A stretch of DNA of 64,000 nt from NCBI RefSeq assembly GCF_964204645.1, contig NC_134026.1:13762050-13826049 (forward strand), read 5' to 3'. The notes below the pieces were generated by a model that saw nothing but the letters and a program-made list of their open reading frames with translations, was not told where the DNA came from and ran no database searches. Shown piece after piece: positions 1 to 8,656 of the stretch (positions are counted from its first letter, which is position 1; every line of letters begins with the position of its first letter). The stretch comes from Tubulanus polymorphus. Lineage: Eukaryota; Animalia; Nemertea. The position numbers and the translations under genes are program-made.

Positions 1-2090
1 ATATAATTCTCAGATGTTTTAGCTAACATTCTAAATTTATAAGTTGGTATTTTATCTTTTGATCTATTTGAATTTAATATTTCTATTTCATTATTGATTT
101 CTTCTATTTTATAACATAGCTGTTTGATAAATAAATGTGCATCATATCCTGATAGATTATGAAATATAACTGGTACAAAGTTAATTTTCTTAGCTTGTAA
201 GTTACAATTCTCATGTGCAGCGCCTCTAAACTTTCCATTCAAATGATCATGGTCTCTTACTTTTTTATCTTTATAATTAAATATCTTTTCACAATAATAA
301 CATTTATCTGCAAACGCAAATACTTCTTTATCTTCTTCTGTCATTATAATTTCTATATTTTTATTTAACTTTTCATTAAATCTTATTTCATATTCAATTA
401 ATAAGTCACAAAAATGATTGATAACATTTTCATTTCTGTAATTATAATATTCACTTTTAATTAGTTCTGGATAATTAGATTTAATATATAACCCGAAAGC
501 TGCAGCTGATTGATGAATCTTTTTAATAGTATTTGTTTTTGGTGGTTCTTCTGAATAATCACTTTCATTAGAATTTAATTTCTTTCTTTTATAATATATA
601 TCTTTTCTATCTTTATCTGTTAATTCTTTATTTAATGATTCAAAATCTCCATATATTACAAATGGTACTTTATTTTTGTAATCATATTTTTTGAATTCTA
701 ATATTTTATCCTTTTCATTTGGTAAAACTAATTTACAATAATCATGATTATCACATAATTGTTTATGATTTAATAATGTACTTTCATTACTAAATTTATG
801 TAAACATTTTCTACATAGATATATTTTATGGTGATCATTTTCTGTTCTAAAAAATAAATCTATTTGTTTAATCCACATATAATGATTCTCATAATATAGT
901 ATATCTATAACATCATTTGAATCATAATCTTTTGATAGATATAAAGGTTCTAATGTATAATGTTTTATGTTGTTACCTTTTGTATTTGGTAATTTGATTA
1001 AATCAAATACATTTATCTTTATATTATTATCTCTTTCTATTTTTGGGATGTTTTTAATTCTAACAGGATACTTATCTATCTTATAATTATTTTCAAATTG
1101 TTTATAATGAGTTAATCTACAAATATTATAAGTTGCAGGATGTAAACAACTTATTATAGTCCATAGTAAACATTTATCATCAAAATTTTGTACATTTATT
1201 ACAGCATTAGTTTTAAATGGTAGTTTAATATAACTCGATGCTTCAATATCTGGTTCTTTATAATATGATACATTATTTTCATCAATTGGTTTTGATTTAG
1301 TTAACTTATTATATTTTGTGTTATAAACATGTAAAGTCATAAATATTATCTCATCAAATATTAAACCAGATCCTTCAAAATATTTCTCTTCTATTTTAGT
1401 TTTTATTTCATTATAACATTTATTTAATTTATCATCTATATGTTGTTTAGATATAATATGTTGTGAATGAGAATTTATATTATATATTGGTTTATCTTCA
1501 GATTTTATAAACTTTACTTTAACTGATATACTAAGTTTAGGATATTCAACATCAGTAATTATTTTTATAATATTTTTCATATTTTCTAAATGTTTTTTAT
1601 TTTCTTCTAATGTTTTTCCTTTATGAAATTTAAACTCGATAGCTGCTGGACCAATATCACTTTTAAATGCTTCGGTTATCTCTATATCTTTTTTATTATC
1701 TAATGAATTAATATAATTTCTTACATCTTCCATGTATGGTCTTTTATTGTTTAATTTATTTTTTATTCTTTTAATTGTCTTCTGTTTCTTATCGTTATCA
1801 TTATCAAAATAATCTTCACCTAAAATATCATTATTCTTATTTCTAATATGACTTATAGATTTTAAATGTTCTTTATAATATCTTTTATCACTGAATGATT
1901 GATTACATGTATCACATTTATATGTTTCTTTTTCATTCTTTAATTCTTCTAATTTAGTTTCTAATATATCATCTTTATATTCTAGTTTCAATTTATTCTC
2001 TAAATGTGTTTTAGTTTTATTGTGTCTTGCTTTTTGGGATTTATCTATATCGATATTACATGTTGGGCAGTAGTACTTATTTGCTTCCAT
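1..2090 (-). CDS. Protein-primed family B DNA polymerase (pPolB), N-terminal ~696 codons, apparently uninterrupted
   Basis: ATG at 2090 (MEANKYYCPTC...) is in frame with MLAKTSENY at the window edge, and the ORF track lists no stop-terminated ORF here. Motifs: two zinc fingers, DDKCLLWTIISCLHP, ENHYMWIK, ExoI VIYGDFES, endonuclease-VII-like CYYC..RDHDH..FRGAAHENCN, ExoII FHNLSGYDAH. Confidence 0.9.
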   Translation of the reverse strand, partial: MEANKYYCPTCNIDIDKSQKARHNKTKTHLENKLKLEYKDDILETKLEELKNEKETYKCDTCNQSFSDKRYYKEHLKSISHIRNKNNDILGEDYFDNDNDKKQKTIKRIKNKLNNKRPYMEDVRNYINSLDNKKDIEITEAFKSDIGPAAIEFKFHKGKTLEENKKHLENMKNIIKIITDVEYPKLSISVKVKFIKSEDKPIYNINSHSQHIISKQHIDDKLNKCYNEIKTKIEEKYFEGSGLIFDEIIFMTLHVYNTKYNKLTKSKPIDENNVSYYKEPDIEASSYIKLPFKTNAVINVQNFDDKCLLWTIISCLHPATYNICRLTHYKQFENNYKIDKYPVRIKNIPKIERDNNIKINVFDLIKLPNTKGNNIKHYTLEPLYLSKDYDSNDVIDILYYENHYMWIKQIDLFFRTENDHHKIYLCRKCLHKFSNESTLLNHKQLCDNHDYCKLVLPNEKDKILEFKKYDYKNKVPFVIYGDFESLNKELTDKDRKDIYYKRKKLNSNESDYSEEPPKTNTIKKIHQSAAAFGLYIKSNYPELIKSEYYNYRNENVINHFCDLLIEYEIRFNEKLNKNIEIIMTEEDKEVFAFADKCYYCEKIFNYKDKKVRDHDHLNGKFRGAAHENCNLQAKKINFVPVIFHNLSGYDAHLFIKQLCYKIEEINNEIEILNSNRSKDKIPTYKFRMLAKTSENY

Positions 2091-2170
2091 TTTAATACTA
2101 AATTTTTTATTAAAATTGATTTTAGAAGTTCAATGATTTAAATGTTATTCATATATGTGAATATTTTAAG

Positions 2171-2576
2171 AGTAATAGGGGTAATAGGCTTTCGGGTTAA
2201 AGGTTGAATGGTCGAGTTCATTAATAACATATATTAAAAGTAATTAAAAAACTATAATATATTTTCATAACCGTGTGTATTTCAGTTGAACAATAGAATA
2301 ATTATTATCATTTGAATATATTTGATTATATGAATTTGTGTATTGTAATTAAATCAATTGGTCGCGGAGCGGAGCGGTAGCGAAGTGGAGCGACCAATTG
2401 ATTTAATACAATATGCTTTTTATATTATTGATATCTTAGAATAAATATTTAGTTTTAATATAAAATACACACGGTTATGAAAATATATTATAGTTTTTTA
2501 ATTACTTTTAATATTTTGTTTTTTAATGAGCTCGACCTTTCGACCTTTGATCTGAAAGCCTATTACCCCTATTACT
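2171..2576. repeat. Terminal fold-back palindrome (~405 bp) of Polinton copy A
   Basis: AGTAATAGGGGTAATAGGCTTTC at 2171 pairs with GAAAGCCTATTACCCCTATTACT ending 2576. Arms pair for ~110 nt, then a poorly paired zone, then an inner stem (TTAAATCAATTGGTCGC / GCGACCAATTGATTTAA) around loop 2366-2389. Confidence 0.93.
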
Positions 2577-2679
2577 ACTGTGATAGGTCGAGAGACAGTT
2601 CAGTACTTCATGGTTCATGATTATGGCAAGTACACTTTGTTGAATTTGTATTGCAGGTAAATGCTCGTCACGACATGCA

Positions 2680-2838
2680 GTTGTATATTATTATAAAATT
2701 TAGGTAATTCATTCCAATTTAGTGTTTTTAAATCTGTATTTGTTGTTATTTTACCAAATTCTTTAGTATATAATATTCCTAATCCACCCATTGTACCAAT
2801 TTTTGCTCTAAAATCATTATTTGAATTAATATTAAATT
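2680..2838 (-). pseudogene. Inverted fragment of the Polinton conserved gene (paralog of ~7660-7930), split by the Penelope insertion; remainder at 6037-6190
   Basis: Translation FNINSNNDFRAKIGTMGGLGILYTKEFGK..LNWNELPK matches ORF 7745-8257. NELECPLPGSKYFNELNNN at 6037-6190 matches ~7680-7760. Confidence 0.85.
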
Positions 2839-3389
2839 TCCGAATAACCATAGAAGCGATAACATTAAAAACCTCATTTTCTAATGAGTAAATACAGTTT
2901 ATTAACACGAACGTTTTCGAGATCATATCCCCTCATCAGGTGAAATACAAGTGAATCAAATGATTAAACTACAGGTTTATATACAACATAAGTTACAAAA
3001 TTACAAGTGCTAAATTCTAAGCTAATTACCAACCAAGTATTTAATAACAAACTAATTATTTGAATACATTTAGGATAAAGGATGAGCCGTTTTGAAATAA
3101 TTGTTGATTTAAAGAGGGTCGTTGCGCTTTAATAAACAGGGCCTCCCTAATTTTACAGTCGAGATCAGATGAACCTTTGTCTAGAATTTTGAATTTGTTG
3201 TTACTGAATTCCTGATCACAAGTGTGACAAATTGCGAGATGTTGTCCAATCGCAGAAGTCTTTGATCTGTGTTCCTTAATCCTGATGGCCAAATGTCGTT
3301 TAGTTTTCCCAATATAGGAAGTGTTTATATCACATAAACAATTAAATTTATATATGACTTTAGCCTTCAGCGATTTAGGGGTAGCACAT
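2839..3389 (-). repeat. Penelope pseudo-LTR (downstream copy)
   Basis: Near-identical to 5486-6036. Comprises the GIY-YIG 3' end, the UTR and the first codons of the next tandem unit. Confidence 0.92.
2900..2947 (-). ncRNA. Minimal type I hammerhead ribozyme
   Basis: Minus strand reads CAC CUGAUGA GGGGAUAUGAUCUC GAA AACGUU C GUG: stem I CAC/GUG, core CUGAUGA and GAAA, stem II, palindromic stem III AACGUU, cleavage triplet UUC. Located in a Penelope pseudo-LTR, where such motifs are known. Confidence 0.85.
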
Positions 3390-5524
3390 TTCAAAGAGAA
3401 AAAATTCTTAATTTTAGTCGTAGTGAATGCACATTTCAAGTTGATTTCAAAATTCCTTTTAAATAGATATTTTAATTTTCGGGCAAATAGGATTGACGGG
3501 TTACCAATATACGGTAATGAAATGAATAGATCAATTCCATCTTCAACAGGTTTCGGTTGAGGTTCTGAGTTCTGTTTTGATTTCAAAAATCTATTAATAC
3601 ATTGATCGATGACATGAATAGGAAACGCATTAGATTTAAACAGATTTTTCAAGAAATTGATTTCTTCTGAAAAGATGGTCCAATCACTGCAAATATTGTA
3701 GGCACGAAAAAGCATGGTATTGATGAGTCCTATTTTCCATTTATACGGACACATGGCGTTGAAGTTCAAAAGTAGGCCTGTGTTGGAAGCTTTCCTGTAC
3801 ACTCGAGATATAAAGTCACTACCGGTTTCTAACGGAATTTGTATTTCGGTATCGAGAAAAGGTAATAGATTAGGACCTAGTTCAAAAGTGAATTTAAGGT
3901 TAGAATGGAGGCGATTCAATTCTTCAAAAAATAGTCTATAACTGGATACATTTCGAAATATGCCGAAAATATCGTCCACGTATCTCAGGTATAATGTCGG
4001 TTTGTAATTAGTTTTGGAGAGGAGCAAGTTTTCAAAATGGGCAAGACAAGGTTGGTTGCCCGCTAAGGTTGGGCCTAAGGGGCTGCCCATGGTGACCCCA
4101 TCAACTTGCTTGAAAATACGATCATTGTACATAAACAAACCCGAAGTTGCGATTTTAAGTAATTCTTTGAATGTAGCCTGATCATATGTAGGTTTAGAGT
4201 CGGAAGCATATATATAATCGGAAACTATATCAATGGTTTCTTTCAATGGAACATTAGTGAAAAGTGACTCTACATCAAAACTTATTAGAATATCAGAAGG
4301 TTTAAAAACGAATTGTTTCAGTTTTTTAAGGAACTCCCAAGTGCTATTTAACATGAATTTAGACGGTATATGTGGTTTAATGATTTTATCGAGATATTTG
4401 GCCAGGTTATATTCAGCAGTGGCGATCATTGATACAACGGGTCGAAATGGAAAGTTATCTTTATGCACTTTGCACAAACCATATAATTTACCAGGTTGGC
4501 TACCGCTTGGGTAGATAGAATCAAATATTTCTGAACTTACATACTGTTTCACATGTTTTCTCAGAAATCCGCAGATTTTGGTTTCATTAGATATGACAGG
4601 GTGATTCTTTCTCACATTTTTGATTTCAGTAAATTTACTTTTATCAAATACAATTTTATCTAATTTATCGAAATATTCGTTAGAGTCCAAAATAACAATG
4701 CCGTTGCCTTTGTCAAATGAGCAGATCTTAATGTCCTAGTTTTTTCGAAGTTTTTCAATCGTACGGTAGAAACGTCGGTTCCAGGTCGAGCCACATACTG
4801 ATTTAGCGCTGTTGATAAATGAGATGGTCGCATGTCTAATACTTTCAAGGAAAGAGTTATTCACATTCGGTTCGCCGCCAGATATAGTCCTATTTTTGTG
4901 GTAAACAGTTTTTTCAATACGTGATTTAAGGTCGATTTCGTTGATATTTTTCGGAAGAATGTGATGCTTTAAGCCGTAACGTAGTATCTCAGTTTCTTCT
5001 AGGGATAGTTGATAATTTGATCTATTGATTAAGCAATCCGGTGCTGGGTGACGCTGATCTTTCCACAAGTTTAAAAGCTTGCGTTCATGACGTTGCTGTG
5101 TTTCCGAAGTTAGTTTCCTGCCTTTCTGGTTAAGTCTAGTGAGCCAAATGATTGTTTGAATCCAGGTCAATTTCTCGCATAAATCGGATTTGATTTTCTT
5201 CAATTTACTGTTGGTTTTAGATAATTCGGTTTTAACATTTTCGATTTGATTCTTCAAGATTTCGAGTTTGAGATTATCATTACTTGCATACGCTCTCAGT
5301 TTCGGAGGTTTGAATAATAAAAACTTCGGGCAGATTCGTAATTCCATGCATCTTTGAAAGTAAGATAAATCCAAGCGTAGTTTAGTCCATTTGAGATACT
5401 GTTTTTCACATTTGCGGAAGTCTTTGACGTACACATCTCTCTGTTTCGCACAGTAGAAATAGATCTTAGGAAGAGAGTTCAAATATCCGAATAACCATAG
5501 AAGCGATAACATTAAAAACCTCAT
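3056..5524 (-). pseudogene. Penelope-like RT/GIY-YIG endonuclease ORF (~822 codons) with one in-frame TAG at 4736-4738
   Basis: ORFs 4736-5524 and 3056-4690 share a frame (LRKN*DIKICSFDKGNGIVILDS). Motifs: DKG, LYGLCKVHK, FRPVVS, SFDVESLFT, GVTMGSPLGP, RYVDD, FLD, and GIY-YIG VIYKF..YIGKT..RIKEH..EALFI..LN. Confidence 0.95.
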
Positions 5525-6036
5525 TTTCTAATGAGTAAATACAGTTTATTAACACGAACGTTTTCGGGATCATATCCCCTCATCAGGTGAAATACAAGTG
5601 AATCAAATGATTAAACTACAGGTTTATATACAACATAAGTTACAAAATTACAAGTGCTAAATTCTAAGCTAATTACCAACCAAGTATTTAATAACAAACT
5701 AATTATTTGAATACATTTAGGATAAAGGATGAGCCGTTTTGAAATAATTGTTGATTTAAAGAGGGTCGTTGCGCTTTAATAAACAGGGCCTCCCTAATTT
5801 TACAGTCGAGATCAGATGAACCTTTGTCTAGAATTTTGAATTTGTTGTTACTGAATTCCTGATCACAAGTGTGAAAAATTGCGAGATGTTGTCCAATCGC
5901 AGAAGTCTTTGATCTGTGTTCCTTAATCCTGATGGCCAAATGTCGTTTAGTTTTCCCAATATAGGAAGTGTTTATATCACATAAACAATTAAATTTATAT
6001 ATGACTTTAGCCTTCAGCGATTTAGGGGTAGCACAT
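5486..6036 (-). repeat. Penelope pseudo-LTR (upstream copy)
   Basis: Near-identical to 2839-3389. ORF 5703-5939 duplicates the C-terminus of the RT/EN ORF. Confidence 0.92.
5547..5594 (-). ncRNA. Minimal type I hammerhead ribozyme (second copy)
   Basis: Minus strand reads CAC CUGAUGA GGGGAUAUGAUCCC GAA AACGUU C GUG. It differs from copy 1 by one C/U in stem II that keeps pairing (G-C vs G-U). Confidence 0.87.
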
Positions 6037-6189
6037 ATATATTAAATTCATTACATAATATTAAATTCATTACATATTTATAAAACTTAGAAAAATTAAT
6101 ATTATTATTTAGTTCATTAAAATATTTTGAACCTGGTAAAGGACATTCTAATTCATTTAATATCAATTTTGTTTGAAAAAATGTTTTAA

Positions 6190-6381
6190 TTATACAATGG
6201 AGCATTATTATCAGTGAGAACTGTTGGATATACAATGGTATTAAAAAAAGTATTCAAAATGGGAAGTGTTAATGTTGATAGATTTGATATAAATGATATC
6301 TTAAAATTAACATCAGCAGTAACTTTATCTAATTTAACAATTGATTATTTAGCAAAACAGAAATATATTCCTCCTATATAA
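6190..6381 (+). pseudogene. 5'-truncated small hydrophobic Polinton protein
   Basis: Open frame IYNGALLSVRTVGYTMVLKKVFKM..LKLTSAVTLSNLTIDYLAKQKYIPPI* directly upstream of 6406. Start lost at the inversion junction. Confidence 0.55.
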
Positions 6382-6405
6382 ATGCGTAATTTTTTTGCTA
6401 AATAA

Positions 6406-6828
6406 ATGGCTTCTGCAATTATAACTATTATAGGATCGGCAATTGTTAACGCTTTAGCATTTACAGGTGGTGGTTATTTATTTAAACATATTGATAAAAA
6501 TATTTCAATAGCAGAACAGAAAAGGCATAATTCAGCGTTAGAAAAATTAAATAAAGCAGCCGAAGAATATAGAGAAAAGAGGCAAAACTATATGGATTAT
6601 ATCAACAAAGAATTATATAATCAGAAAATTACACATAGAGATTTTCAATCAGTCGATGAAGCTATGAGTTTATATAATGCAGTAACAAATAAAGAAAAAT
6701 TACATTTGTTCAAACCTAAATTATCATATTATTATACCCCAAGTAGTGAACAACAGAAATATGAAATAATTTGGATTTTAGGTGTAACTGTTATTGTATT
6801 ATTTGTTGCATATGAATTTACTAATTAG
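6406..6828 (+). CDS. Polinton hypothetical protein (hydrophobic N-terminus, coiled coil, C-terminal TM); candidate virion/membrane protein
   Basis: Intact 140-aa ORF, MASAIITIIGSAIVNALAFTGGGYLF...IIWILGVTVIVLFVAY, with TAAATG start. Confidence 0.75.
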   Translation: MASAIITIIGSAIVNALAFTGGGYLFKHIDKNISIAEQKRHNSALEKLNKAAEEYREKRQNYMDYINKELYNQKITHRDFQSVDEAMSLYNAVTNKEKLHLFKPKLSYYYTPSSEQQKYEIIWILGVTVIVLFVAYEFTN

Positions 6829-6847
6829 TAATTTCTTTTCTAAATAA

Positions 6848-7282
6848 ATGGAGGATAAAGTTGATAATATTGATATTATTCCTCATGATATAAATAAAAC
6901 TAAATTAAAAATATATTTGGAAAAACAAATATTAGAATTTGAAAGTGACTTAAAGATAAAAAAGAAAATATATTTAAAATCTAAAATTATATATTATTTT
7001 ATTATTAGTGGATCGGTTACAATTAGTTCTGTAATAACATTTCTAGCATTATTCTCACCATTAACACCTTTAGCTATCTCAATTGGAGCTTTAGGTTTAA
7101 GTTCAAGTGTTTTAACCGGAATAAGTTCAAAATTGAATATTAAAAGTTATAATGAAAAAATTAAATCTAATATAAAAGAAATTATTAAATTAAAGAATAC
7201 ATTAGATTATATAATAAGTTTAAATGGTAATATAACAGTTGAAGAACAAGATAAATTATTAAAAGAATTAGTAAATTATTAA
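6848..7282 (+). CDS. Polinton hypothetical protein with two predicted TM helices
   Basis: Intact 144-aa ORF with a hydrophobic hairpin (IIYYFIISGSVTISSVITFLALFS..LAISIGALGLSSSVLTGI) between coiled coils. TAAATG start. Confidence 0.72.
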   Translation: MEDKVDNIDIIPHDINKTKLKIYLEKQILEFESDLKIKKKIYLKSKIIYYFIISGSVTISSVITFLALFSPLTPLAISIGALGLSSSVLTGISSKLNIKSYNEKIKSNIKEIIKLKNTLDYIISLNGNITVEEQDKLLKELVNY

Positions 7283-7297
7283 TTTTTTATTATGTAA

Positions 7298-8656
7298 ATG
7301 GAAGATAGTTTTCCAATAGCTTTTCAATATAATAAATCAATTAAATATAATATTCCTGCAATAGATTTTAATAAAGATATTTCATATAGAAATGAAGTTT
7401 TAAATTCATTAATTTATTTAGTTACTGAAACTAATAATTTTAATGCAAATATGGAAAATATATTCAATATTTACGTAATCAATTTTAAAAATTTAAATGA
7501 GGCAAAACAAGGGTTATTAAAAACTAATATGAAGTATTGGCAGAACCAATTAAATTATGCAGTTTATTGCGCAACAACAGGGTGTGGTATAAGTTGGAAT
7601 GATCATTTGAATAAACCAAGTTTACCATTAATATTATAACTTTTTAGATTTCATACATATTTTCAAATAAAATTAATATTAGATGAATTAGAATGCCCTT
7701 TACCAGGTTCAAAATATTTTAATGAACTAAATAATAATTTTAATTTGTCTAAGTTTTATGAAATATGTAATGAATTTAATATTAATTCAAATAATGATTT
7801 TAGAGCAAAAATTGGTACAATGGGTGGATTAGGAATATTATATACTAAAGAATTTGGTAAAATAATAATAAATACAGATATAAGAACACTAAATTGGAAT
7901 GAATTACCAAAATATTATAATAATATACAACAACAAAACAATAATGGATGGATTAATTTGATTTTAGAAAATAGTGAAGCTGGAATACAGAGAATAAATC
8001 AATCAATTAGAACTTATTTGATTTGCATGTTAGGTGCACAAGTTGAAACAAGATCACCAATAGTTGGAAATGATAATACTTCATTTGACCCGCAGAAACA
8101 ATTTAAAGTTTTATTTGAAGATTCCATTCATAATGATAAAAACAGATCGATTCCAGAAAACATAGTCAGGTACCAAAATTATTTAGATAAATCTCATGTA
8201 AGATTAAATTATTGTATAGGACCCAATTTATTAATCATTTCTGATGATTTAGTATAAAAGATGGGAAATATAATTGGTTATAATAATCTAATTAAAACTG
8301 CAACAATAGATAATAAGTTTGGATTAAATGATATAAATAAAAAGATTATCACTGCTCCAAAATTAATGGAAGGTGAAAAAATTAAAAAACATATTCAATC
8401 AACTGAAACTAAAACTAAGATTATCAAATTGAATAATGATTCTAAAATAAAAGATTACAATACATCAGAAAATATAAAAACTGATATTATTCAGCATGAT
8501 ATAATTAAAACTAATAATGATAATAAATCCTATGAAAATACTAAATTAGCTATAACTTGTATAGGAATTGTAATAGGAGGAATATTATATTTTAAATTTT
8601 GTTTTTTATTATATAAATGGATGAAGAAATTCCATTGGATGAAATGGATCCTTTAG
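7298..8656 (+). pseudogene. Disrupted Polinton conserved protein (YWQNQLNYAVYCATTGCGIS motif, C-terminal TM)
   Basis: Consecutive ORFs 7298-7639, 7745-8257 and 8261-8656 joined across stops/frameshift. A paralogous fragment lies at 2680-2838/6037-6190. Confidence 0.7.

Larger units (their letters stand above)
1..2576 (-). mobile_element. Polinton/Maverick copy A, terminus and pPolB 5' part (continues beyond window start)
   Basis: Reverse complement of 1-2170 closely matches copy D (46070-48400, which has an extra ~165 bp). It ends in the same terminal motif (...CCCCTATTACT at 2576; a further ACT could extend it to 2579). Confidence 0.92.
2839..6036 (-). mobile_element. Penelope-like retroelement (RT + GIY-YIG) with pseudo-LTRs
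   Basis: 551-bp direct repeats at 2839-3389 and 5486-6036 (offset 2647) flank an RT-GIY-YIG ORF. Target sequence ATATTAAATT occurs on both sides. Confidence 0.95.

Noticed and set aside
2171-2576. Terminal hairpin read as a stand-alone MITE
   Set aside because: The same structure with the same inner flank forms both ends of copy D, and the 6-bp TSD lies outside the outer arms.
2621-2926. 101-aa ORF
   Set aside because: Chimera of Penelope pseudo-LTR, an inverted Polinton fragment and flanking DNA.
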